A stretch of 64,000 nucleotides of DNA from Coniocarpon cinnabarinum. Its lineage: Eukaryota. The DNA is taken from assembly GCA_051942205.1 (NCBI GenBank), contig JAVECO010000128.1, positions 1 to 64,000 on the forward strand, given 5' to 3'. Shown piece by piece: positions 13,325-23,142 of the stretch; the stretch's first letter is position 1; the number at the start of each line of letters is the position of its first letter. The position numbers were made by a program, and so were the translations under genes. The notes below the pieces were generated by a model, which had not been told where the DNA came from, did not search any database, and saw nothing but the letters and a program-made list of their open reading frames with translations.

Positions 13325-15961
13325 TCAGAAAATGCTCTTCCTCTTCGACAGCTTCGCATACGCCTGGATGATCGGGCTCGCTGCTGCACCCATGGTTGTC
13401 GACGCCTTTCCCTTTGCTTGATTCTCCGCCAACTCCTGCTCACGCTCGCTGTTTTCAATGAACACGTGCTCTCCATCGACATTGACGAACCATTTCGCCC
13501 GGTATTGTCTACCCTCTGGCCCGCATCCGCAGCTGCCGGCGAAGACATGACTGGGCGGAGAGTTGATGGATAGCGAGAACATATTCGCGGGATCGCAGAA
13601 GTCCGTCACGAGGCCACGATTCATGATCAGCCATGTCAAAACGAGCACGTTGCCAGCAAACACTGCTATCAGAATCACGTAAAACAGGTTTTGATAGCCG
13701 CTGATAGGGCCTGAAGCATATTGTTGGCTCTGCAGCCGTGCACTGAACGTCTCTGTGGGCAACTTCGCGTCAGGCGCATAGTCTTGCATAGCCCTCACCG
13801 GCGCATTTCTTGTACCCATCATCAGAGTTCCACCAGCCATCACTGCAAGTGCCTCGGCCATGGAAGGCATCTGAGGGTCGAAGCTGCGCTCAGTTGGGAA
13901 AAATTGTGTTACTAAACGTGCATTGGCTGCGTTTCCGTCCGTGATACCGGTATTGAGGGTGACAGCTGTTGCCCAACTGTCCGCCACGTCAACCCACAAA
14001 AGGCTTGTTGTATCGTTTCCACGGGCTGCATTGGGTTCAGTTTTTTGGAACTGCATCGGGTCATTAGCTTGCTCACACTGAGCAACCATGTGACTCTGTG
14101 AGCTCGTAGCGTTGTACCACGTCGAACATGAAGGCGTTCGAAAAGCTCTCATCTGGCACAGAGAATAGGTGCTTATGTTGCCTTCTGCATCAGGATTGCC
14201 ACCGAGGATGTATAGGGCATCGCGGTATGGAAGTGGGGCATAGGCGCCCGTGTTGTTGAGAAGCGTATTATAAACCGTAGGATAACGAGGAAAGATCGGA
14301 GGCCGACGCTGACCGAAGACTGGACCGAAGCCAAATATTTGGTCGACAATGCTGCTGTTCAGCCATTCATTTGGACCGTAATTGGGCACGTACTCTGAGT
14401 GCGGTGCGTAGTTGTTGACCCAATTAGCAAAATCCAAAGACTTGTTTGCATTTGGCCACTCTGTATAGACAAACGGACGGAGTTCCTCTTTGGTCATTTC
14501 TGCACAAAGCACGTTAAGAGCTCCAGACGCGACGGATGCATGAATGTTGTACGCGCCAAAACCATCGTTAACTTTCGGCTGAAGTATGGAATTGTTCTTG
14601 TTGATAGCTGCGTCAATGATGCCGGCGTGAGGCATTGCCATCGTGACGTTGTTCACTATTCGATTAAAATTGTTTGAGTTTACGGTCATATTATCAATCT
14701 CGATCCACTGCCCCACTGCTGTTGTGTTATCACTAACGAGCGAGTAAGGTGGAGGTCTTCGACGGAGATCATCGGATCCGCCTGAGGCATTGACCCATCT
14801 TGTCCAGTTCCCAAGCCATGTCGAAAAATCATTGAGGCTCTGTGCCGACTGCTCGGGGCCGATGCAAGTTTGAAACTTTGTTAGCACGCCTGAGGCATCA
14901 TTGCGTACCGGGGTCTGGCATTGATACATGATGGAAGTCATGTCCGCGAAACCTTGTTTTATGTCTGCTTGCATGAGCCGGTCCGTGAAGTGGGACCACG
15001 AGAGCTGCGGTGACACCAAAGCACTGGCAGCAGTCGTGTACAGCATCGCCGTTAGGGCCGCAATGAGCGCAAGGACCCCCATCAGGGAGACAGCAGCATA
15101 TTTGACTGCATGAGGATGCACAATCATTTGACCCGGTTGCATGATCCAGCCTCTCATCGAAATCTCGGCCAAGGTCACCCCATAGCCTTTGCTTTTATTG
15201 AAAGCTCGCGTTGAGATAACCTGACCGACAAACGCAATGAAGACTGTAACAAAAGACAATTCAATCAACTTCGCAAACAGAGCGAAGAGCAGCGTAGCGT
15301 TCGAATACGTGAGATTACCTTCATCCGAGATGAACTTCTGATATCGAGGTCTGGCGATTGCAATGCCTAAGTATATGCCGGAGAAAATGGTCGAGAAAAT
15401 ACCAAGTATGAGCAGTGTGATGTAGATGTGATTTCGAGTATCCTTCAATATTGGCTCACGCGAAGCGCACGTCATGTGCGGGCTGAACTCAGCGTACGAC
15501 TTGCGCGAGCGCAACGATGTCGTAGACTTGCGCCCCTCAAAGTCTGAGGTCTTCGCTTTATGGTAAGCTTGGGATCCGGAACGCAATGGCGCAGTCGACG
15601 AGAACGAATAGGGAAGAGATCGCTCCGAGGCGCCTGCTTCGAAGCGGTCGTGAGTCTCGTACTCCTCTGTATCTGAGTCACCTTGTTCACCTGTGATACC
15701 AAGGCCTTGTCCAGGACCACGGGTACCGATGTCACCTTCGTTAGTCTCCTCGAACCGGTCATGGCGGGGAAAGTCTGGGGAGGGCGAAGGCGTGAGTCTG
15801 GAGTAGCCGGACCTTTGCCTGGGATGCTGTGGGGAAGCAACAGAGCCAATCAGTGTGGACCCTGGCGATAAGGTGTTAGGGGTATCGATCTCGGTGGAAA
15901 AGCTGGAAAGCAAGCCATTTCGATCGTCGCTAGTGCTGCCGAAGCTTTTGTTCTCCGCCAT
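13325..15961 (-). CDS. Uncharacterised 878-aa fungal membrane glycoprotein (single exon)
   Basis: Long ATG-initiated ORF: disordered Ser-rich N-terminus, about 3 TM segments, large domain rich in N-x-S/T sites, C-terminal TM, then a CGCGPEG motif. Confidence 0.85.
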   Translation of the reverse strand: MAENKSFGSTSDDRNGLLSSFSTEIDTPNTLSPGSTLIGSVASPQHPRQRSGYSRLTPSPSPDFPRHDRFEETNEGDIGTRGPGQGLGITGEQGDSDTEEYETHDRFEAGASERSLPYSFSSTAPLRSGSQAYHKAKTSDFEGRKSTTSLRSRKSYAEFSPHMTCASREPILKDTRNHIYITLLILGIFSTIFSGIYLGIAIARPRYQKFISDEGNLTYSNATLLFALFAKLIELSFVTVFIAFVGQVISTRAFNKSKGYGVTLAEISMRGWIMQPGQMIVHPHAVKYAAVSLMGVLALIAALTAMLYTTAASALVSPQLSWSHFTDRLMQADIKQGFADMTSIMYQCQTPVRNDASGVLTKFQTCIGPEQSAQSLNDFSTWLGNWTRWVNASGGSDDLRRRPPPYSLVSDNTTAVGQWIEIDNMTVNSNNFNRIVNNVTMAMPHAGIIDAAINKNNSILQPKVNDGFGAYNIHASVASGALNVLCAEMTKEELRPFVYTEWPNANKSLDFANWVNNYAPHSEYVPNYGPNEWLNSSIVDQIFGFGPVFGQRRPPIFPRYPTVYNTLLNNTGAYAPLPYRDALYILGGNPDAEGNISTYSLCQMRAFRTPSCSTWYNATSSQSHMVAQCEQANDPMQFQKTEPNAARGNDTTSLLWVDVADSWATAVTLNTGITDGNAANARLVTQFFPTERSFDPQMPSMAEALAVMAGGTLMMGTRNAPVRAMQDYAPDAKLPTETFSARLQSQQYASGPISGYQNLFYVILIAVFAGNVLVLTWLIMNRGLVTDFCDPANMFSLSINSPPSHVFAGSCGCGPEGRQYRAKWFVNVDGEHVFIENSEREQELAENQAKGKASTTMGAAASPIIQAYAKLSKRKSIF

Positions 15962-16843
15962 GGGTCGCTAGTGCAAGGAGCCTTCAAGTTGACATCAGGC
16001 TGGGACAGAAAGCAGTTAAGTATGAGGTTATACGGGTGCGAAACGTTGGTACTGCTGCTCTTGGATTAAGATTAGAATTAGGTTGAGGATTAGGCAGGAT
16101 GGATGTGAAGCACGTGCTGCGAAAAAACTCGCGACCAGATGACAAGGGATGGATTGAGGTAGCTGTATATACGGGTGAGGGTGAGGCGCTGAGGGTAAAG
16201 GTGGGGAGAAAGGTGGAAGAAAGAGGAAGACAAGGCTGGAAATGAGATGCCACCTGGAGCCCGCTCCCAAATTGGAGCTTGGACTGACACAGAGGGCCAC
16301 AGAAGACACAGGCCCAATGGATTGACTGGGCCGGAGGGAGAGAAGCAAACAGCAGCAGGCGTCTCGGTTTTCCGCCCGTTACACATCCAGACATGTCGAC
16401 CACGCCGCAATGCGGTGCGGCAACAGTGCGGCAAACGGGAGGAGCCCGGCTCGTTGTGCCACACCCTCCCCCCGTTCTCGACCCTTGATCTTCGCTCCGT
16501 GACCATCGGCCGGACGAACACGACGCCTTGGGCAATCGGCGTGCGCTGCAGCAGCTGCGGTGGTCGCCTCACTGCCGCCACACCGGCAACACAAACGTGA
16601 CAGCCCGAGCTCAAGCTTCGAATCTCCCCCTAATTCTATTTTCGCCCCAAGCTGTTGCTCCACCGCGCTAGTGCCGCCTAGCTTCCGCGACTCGGCAGGT
16701 GTCCATTAGCCACTTTCGTTCTAGAAACTCTTGGCATCCAGAGATGCTGTGCCTCCCAGACCCAAAGCACCCATCCCAATCACCTGGAACCAAGTGCGGC
16801 GCATACCTATTCCATCGAGTCCACGTTCAGCAGGCTGTCTAGC

Positions 16844-17929
16844 ATGGCCACGCCTTCCGTCCCCGTCCGGTTCCTCATCATCTCAGACACCCACACTGCC
16901 CAGCTTCTCCCTGACGACGAGGAACATGCCTTCCGCCACCCAATGCCTGAAGCTGATGTAGTGCTCCATTGTGGCGATCTCACCATGTCAGTCCCTTCTG
17001 CTGGATTCTCCATGCCAGAACTTTCTTCCACCAATGTCTCAGAAATCTCTCTTGTTCCGAGTGAAGGGCTCTGGAATATGGTTCGCAATCCACTGACGCC
17101 ACGCGGCTAACCTCAGCCCAGGGTTGGAGCCCTCGAGGAGTATCGAAAGTGCTTAGACATGCTGTCGCATATCAAGGCTGAGTTGAAGCTCGTCATCGCT
17201 GGTAATCATGATCTCTCACTAGATCCCAACTATCACGACAAGCACACCACACGTAATTTCACGCATCAAATGCGAAAGCAGGCAAATGAGATCATGAGAG
17301 GTCCGAGTGCTCGCGCGGCAGGAGTGACTTACCTCGACGAAGGCTTGCACCGCTTCGAGCTCAGCTCTGGCGCGACCTTCAGCGTGTGGGCGTCCCCGTA
17401 CACGCCAGAGTTTGGCAATTGGGGCTTCCCGTACGAGCGCCACGAGGATCGTTTCAATCCAAAGGATCCTTTAGACTTTGACCCGTACACCAAGAACATC
17501 GCCAAGAATCCCGTTCCAGACTATCCTCAGGTAGACATTGTAATGACACATGGCCCACCTGTCGATCACCTGGGGTTGACAGCTCGAGGACCAGACGCAG
17601 GTTGTGGACATTTACTGCGAGCCTTAAAGCGAGCAAAGCCACGACTCCATTGTTTTGGACATATCCACGAAGCTTGGGGCGCAGAGATCGTAGAATGGTC
17701 AAAGAACGACGACGGACCGGAGAAAACCATTTGGTCTCGCACGCAGAGGACTACCAAGGCCCGCAAAGTGTTCAAGCCAGCTTGGATTGACACCAGACAG
17801 GGCTCGACAAATCCCATGGAGCGCGGTAAGCATACTTTGTTGGTGAACGCTGCGATCATGGATCTTCAATACTGCCCATTCAATTCTCCGTGGGTGGTCG
17901 ATATGGACCTGCCCAAAGGCACCCAGTAA
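16844..17929 (+). CDS. Calcineurin-like metallophosphoesterase (MPPED1/2-like), 2 exons
   Basis: SDTH, HCGDLT, AGNHD, THGPP and FGHIHE metal-binding motifs. Intron ~16988-17121 restores the frame. Confidence 0.92.
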
Positions 17930-18543
17930 AGAGTCCCTCTCGTGCATAAAGAACTGGAATTGGTTAACAAGCTCCGGAGGAAAAACTGTTTGTTGATATT
18001 TTTAGCAGGATCTGGAACACGGATCGGGCCGTGACAGCGCGGATTACTTGAAACCGAAGGCTAAACACGGATTTTTGGCAGGCAGTGCAGGGGGTCAGCT
18101 TTCAAGTCTTTCGGCCCTGCAGTCGGGTCCTGATCGGTGCCAAAAGGTTCTCGAGATGATGTCAATTGCGATCTCTGAAATTCTCTCTTCGTCAATTGTA
18201 CATCCACATGGAGGAATCAAATTAAAAATTGGAACAGAGGTGACTCGGGGCAATGCTCCCAAGAATCATCAGCTAAAATGGTGCAGATCTGATAGCCGAG
18301 GATAACATTGATGTGCATATGCAGTGTGCCAATAAAATTCAGCCATAAACAACGGGAGATCTCACCGTACACGCTAGTGCGCAAATGGCTAGACGCATCT
18401 TCAATTCGGAGTAACTCCTACGTGCTCTTGACAGGCATTCGAAATCAACACTCCACGGTGGGGATGAAATATGCAGAGAAGTGGAGACACCATGAAAGTA
18501 GCGATTTGGAGGACGACTTCTATCTGACCTTGGCAGGGCAGCA

Positions 18544-19869
18544 ATGGGTAAATCTTCAAAAGACAAACGCGACGCCTATTACCGCCTAGCCAAAGAGCAA
18601 GGCTGGCGCGCCCGCTCCGCTTTTAAATTGCTCCAACTGGATGAAGAATTCAACCTCTTTAAAGATGTAACGCGTGTCGTAGACCTCTGTGCGGCCCCAG
18701 GAAGCTGGTCTCAGGTCTTGTCGCGCGTGCTCATCAAAGGTGAGCGGTTTGGCCGAGCGGGTTTTGAAGACCGACAGGAGCGCATGAGGAGGTTTGTGGA
18801 GGGCAACGGTGAAGTAGCTGCAGATGATTCAAATGCAAGTGTTGAAGGGCAAGTGCAAGACTCTGGAGATGTGCAGTCTGACGCGCGAAGAGAGACTGAG
18901 AATGATGCATCAAAGCCTAGAAAAGACGTCAAAATCGTAGCTATCGATCTTCAGCCCATGTCACCGCTTGAAGGCATAACCATGCTCCGCGCCGACATCA
19001 CTCATCCCACAACAGTGACCCGCTTACTGGAAGCTCTCGATCCCCCAAACGATTCGTCGCCCACTGACACCTCCGCTAACACAGCCTCTACTTCACCTAC
19101 TGATGCCTCTTCAACCAGCACATCAGCAGCCGGAGCCGCCTCAAATACTGCCTCACAATCGACTGCTCACCGCGTCGACCTCATCCTCTCTGACGGCGCT
19201 CCCGACGTCACTGGCCTCCACGACCTCGACATCTACATCCAATCACAACTCCTCTTCTCCGCCTTGTCACTCGCCCTCCGCGTCCTCAAACCCGGCGGGA
19301 CGTTCGTCGCCAAGATCTTTCGTGCCGCCGACGTCGACGTGATTTACACCCAATTGCGCCTCGTCTTCGAAGACGTGACGGTCGCGAAGCCGCGAAGCAG
19401 CCGCGCCAGCAGTCTGGAGGCGTTTGTGGTATGCCGCGGTTTCGTACCAGTCGAAGGTCTCGAAGAGAGTGAAGACGGGACGGGGATCTTAGATCTAGGC
19501 CGCTTAGAAAAGGAGGGAAAGGGTTTGAAGCGCGAGAAGACGCAGAGAGAGTGGAAGGAAGTTGAGGAAGGCGTCGCGGAGTTGGAAATGGGAAGTAGTA
19601 GTAGTGATGAAAGTGATGAGGATGGATCGCCGGCGCCGAGGCGGTGGATCGCGCCTTTTTTGGCGTGCGGAGATTTGAGTGCGTTCGATGCGGATGCGAC
19701 GTATGCACTGCCGGAAGGGTATGAACGATTAGATCCGGTACAGCCGCCGACGGCGCCGCCGTATAAGAAGGCTTTGGAAGAGCGGAGGAGGGAGGGGGGC
19801 ATGTACGGGAAGACGAAGAGGAAGGAGACGGGGAAGGCGAAGCGGAGTGGGCAAGGAGTTGAGGAATGA
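18544..19869 (+). CDS. TRM7: tRNA (C32/G34-2'-O)-methyltransferase, FtsJ family
   Basis: MGKSSKDKRDAYYRLAKEQGWRARSAFKLLQ, DLCAAPGSWSQV, SDGAPDVTGLHDLD, KPRSSRASSLEAF. Confidence 0.97.
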   Translation: MGKSSKDKRDAYYRLAKEQGWRARSAFKLLQLDEEFNLFKDVTRVVDLCAAPGSWSQVLSRVLIKGERFGRAGFEDRQERMRRFVEGNGEVAADDSNASVEGQVQDSGDVQSDARRETENDASKPRKDVKIVAIDLQPMSPLEGITMLRADITHPTTVTRLLEALDPPNDSSPTDTSANTASTSPTDASSTSTSAAGAASNTASQSTAHRVDLILSDGAPDVTGLHDLDIYIQSQLLFSALSLALRVLKPGGTFVAKIFRAADVDVIYTQLRLVFEDVTVAKPRSSRASSLEAFVVCRGFVPVEGLEESEDGTGILDLGRLEKEGKGLKREKTQREWKEVEEGVAELEMGSSSSDESDEDGSPAPRRWIAPFLACGDLSAFDADATYALPEGYERLDPVQPPTAPPYKKALEERRREGGMYGKTKRKETGKAKRSGQGVEE

Positions 19870-20014
19870 TGTGAGTGAATCTCACACCGCTTTTGGAATG
19901 TCTAGACTTGGATTGGAAAGGCGATGTATACGAATTACAGTAATGCTCACGTCGACTGCGCAGTCTCTCGATCATGCATCATGCTCTCGTTGATTTGTGC
20001 TGCTAGTTTCATGC

Positions 20015-21229
20015 CTATGCCATATGACTAAGTGACACGTTCTCTTTCACGTCTGGCACAGGGCTTTCAACATCATCATAGTCGTTGACAACGAGACGAA
20101 AGCGCTGTCTTGCATCCCTGAGCCGCGGCAAGACTGGACGAGCATAGAAGTCGGCACTCTCCATTTGCATAGACCACGGCAAAGATTGCAAATCCTCCAA
20201 CTGCAGACCTATCTCTTGAGACCGCTGCACCACGCGTTCAAGCCGGGCCTCAAAAGGAAGAGGCCGCTCCTCCGCATGGCTGCACGCGGCAAGTGCCAGC
20301 TGAAGGCGCACCAGACCTTTCTTGCTCTTGCCATCCTTCCACTGCTCAGCCCGCTCCCGCTGCTCAGCCTGCAACTCCGCAGATCTCGCGACTTTCACTC
20401 GCAAGGAGTCCGGCAGCTTCTGGCGATCGAGCGTCATCGCGGATCGCGGATCCTCCACCGTTAAGTGCCCCATCTGTCGTTTGACAGTGTCAAGCACGGG
20501 CGCCAAGCTCTTGAAATGTATGCGTCTCATCATTGAGGGGGTGGTGGATGCCATGAGCAGAACTTGATCGAGTTCAGTGGGCGTCAAGCCTGTGTTGGAG
20601 TCTCTCCATTGAGTCATCTTGACTCGCCATGTGGAGAGATCGTCTTTTGCAAGGATGCCATCTTTTGCCCTCACGAGGAGCTCGAGCATCACTCGGTGGA
20701 ATACCAGGTCGCGGTACTCAGGATGGTGACCGCTTGGTTTTTCATCGTTGGCGCGATCCTGCTCCGCTTGCTCAAGTCTAGAAACCATCGTCAGAAAGGG
20801 CAGTCCCTCAATAGAACAGCTTGTTAGACTAAATACTGACTCCTTTGAAATGGTATAGCTGTGTAAGCTACCATTTATATCTTGGGTAAGTAGCATTTGC
20901 GCACTCTCGTAGAACCTTTCGTCTTTGATGCGGTCGCGATCTTCACGTGAAAACTGCATGGGGTTGCGTAACTTGCAATGGTACCAGCGAGCTCCAGATG
21001 AGCGGCGATACTCTTGAGCGCGTCTGGCTCGCTCTCTGGGAACGTCGCCTCCCAGGGCAGAGATGAATTCACTGCTCTCAGTCGCTGGGACGCGGACGAT
21101 TTCAGAAGCAATCGAAGGACTGGGCGGGAAGAAGAAATTTTCATATTGAGGCTGGCGCTGTTGTTCTCGACGTTGTCTCAGGTGTATTGCATCCTTCAGG
21201 AACCTCCAGTGGTCCGGGGTAGCTTCCAT
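20015..21229 (-). CDS. Hypothetical 404-aa protein, no recognised domain
   Basis: Uninterrupted 1.2-kb ATG-initiated ORF with helical, charged composition filling the TRM7-COQ5 gap. Confidence 0.72.
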   Translation of the reverse strand: MEATPDHWRFLKDAIHLRQRREQQRQPQYENFFFPPSPSIASEIVRVPATESSEFISALGGDVPRERARRAQEYRRSSGARWYHCKLRNPMQFSREDRDRIKDERFYESAQMLLTQDINGSLHSYTISKESVFSLTSCSIEGLPFLTMVSRLEQAEQDRANDEKPSGHHPEYRDLVFHRVMLELLVRAKDGILAKDDLSTWRVKMTQWRDSNTGLTPTELDQVLLMASTTPSMMRRIHFKSLAPVLDTVKRQMGHLTVEDPRSAMTLDRQKLPDSLRVKVARSAELQAEQRERAEQWKDGKSKKGLVRLQLALAACSHAEERPLPFEARLERVVQRSQEIGLQLEDLQSLPWSMQMESADFYARPVLPRLRDARQRFRLVVNDYDDVESPVPDVKENVSLSHMA

Positions 21230-21585
21230 CTTGCATTCAGTCTAAAAGCGATCACGTTCAGCGAAACAGGATGTCGAGCCAGAGCAATTTTTAGTAAAAA
21301 TTTGTTCAACAAGGAACCGATCTTGAGGTGACAGGCATCTTTCGAGTGGACTGCCAAGAAGTCGAAATCGTCGTGATGCCAGCACAGACATTAGGTGCAC
21401 ATAACGCTACAAAGAGCTTCGCAAAGCTGAAAGCTGGGTTCAACACCGCCTTGAGAGCAGCTCGAGAAGTGGGTATCAGTGATACAGATACAATGAATAT
21501 GAAACAGGAGGTACTCTTGATTTTCCACCACTACAAGTAAAGATTGTTCATAGAAGGGACTACATTTTGACCAAGATAAAGCAGA

Positions 21586-22588
21586 CTACCGTATAGGCTT
21601 AATGCCTTTGTGGATAGCAGCAATGCCACCGGTAAGATTTTGATAAGCAGGTGAAGGAGCAATGAAACCAGCATCTTGTATCATGTTACAGAATCTTTCT
21701 TGCGACGGAAAACGCTCAATACTCTCCACAAGATACTGATAGCTCTGACGGTCACCAGCGACAAGCTGTCCAATCAGTGGTATCGCACCAAAACTCCACC
21801 TTTTGTAGACGGCATTAAACAACGCGCTATCCACTTTGCTGAACTCGAGGCAGGCGAACAATCCACCTGGTTTAAGCACTCTGAATGCTTCGCGCAAAGC
21901 GGCAGGTTTGTCAGTGAAGTTGCGAATACCGAATGCGACAGTATACAGGTCCATGGAGTTGCTGTCGAAGTCCTTGAGATCTTCCGCATTAGCTTCTACA
22001 AAATCGAGTTGTCCAGAAGCCGCATATGCGGTGTCTTTACTGCGCTTTTTCCCTTCGTCCAGCATATTCGAGTTGATGTCAGCCACGGTCACATGCGTTG
22101 ACTTGTCTCCATGAATTTTCTCAGCATGATTGAGCATGCGAAAAGCAATGTCGCCGGTTCCGCCGGCGATATCCAGAATGTTCCACCCCTGTCGTTTCGA
22201 TGCGTCATGCGACTGAGTCGTCAAGCCAGGGTCAAGGTCTCGAACAAAGTAGTCTTTCCATAACCGATGTACGCCGAGAGACATGAAATCATTCATAGAG
22301 TCGTAAGAGGTCGCGACCGAAGAGAATACTTCGCCGACTGCAACTGGTTAGCGGCCTTCAAGCAACTTTGAACAGGCTATACGAACCCCTGGAAGCTTTG
22401 AGAGACTCCGACACGGTCTCGAACCCGAAGTCCGTGGTCCGTGTATTGCCATTGAATGTTGGTTTGGTAGACTGCTGGTCCCTAGGGGATCCAGAATGAA
22501 GATACCGACGTGCGCCTAAGATCTCCAAACGGCGGACATGGAGCTGATTCTGCAGTGCGCCAAAGCCGCGACACTTTGCACTCGCCAT
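21586..22588 (-). CDS. COQ5: Ubiquinone biosynthesis C-methyltransferase (UbiE/COQ5), 2 exons
   Basis: TDFGFETV, YDSMNDFMSLGVHRLWK, LDIAGGTGDIAF, AFGIRN, YQYLVESIERFP; presequence-like N-terminus; intron 22338-22386. Confidence 0.96.
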
Positions 22589-23093
22589 ATGATTTCTTGG
22601 TGATTGGAAGCAGAGGGTATGAATGGCGTTGATAATAAAGAGGATCATTAATCACCATCCTTATATCGAGGTTTACATTTGCGCTTGAAGGGAATGCATC
22701 ATCTTCGAGAAGTATTCCAGCTTACTCACGAGCACAAGATTCTTGCAAGGAAGGCATGGTAAGTCGTCGCTTTTTGTTTCGATTCAATGATCTCCCACTG
22801 CATCTATTCCGCTTTTCGGCAGAATGATGTCAAGTATTACGCATAAAACTCAGACATAACTATTGCTTCTCGCAAGCCGAGTTTAAAACTAGTTTTCCTA
22901 CATGTCACCACGTACGTGACGTGCTTTGCCTAGCGAGAGATTTCCCCAGATGTCTGAGAAAATTGGCGGGCGCATGGGACAACCAAATCTAAAAAACTGT
23001 AGTCCCCTTTCCTTTTCCAAATACTTTCATGGACCTTACTTGCAGGGGGAGCTTCATTGAACTCGGCATATGCGGTATGACGAGTATCGAAAT

Positions 23094-23101
23094 GCGATGA
23101 G
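23094..23101 (+). promoter_or_regulatory. PAC-like motif GCGATGAG upstream of a ribosome-biogenesis gene
   Basis: Exact match to the yeast PAC core just 5' of MAK5. Confidence 0.35.
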
Positions 23102-23142
23102 TTTACTGTGTCTGGCGGCAATCTCTTGTTATAGCGTGTGAA

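Noticed and set aside
15984..16663. Overlapping 100-180 aa minus-strand ORFs
   Set aside because: Non-ATG starts in the leader/promoter region between divergent genes; no domain signal.
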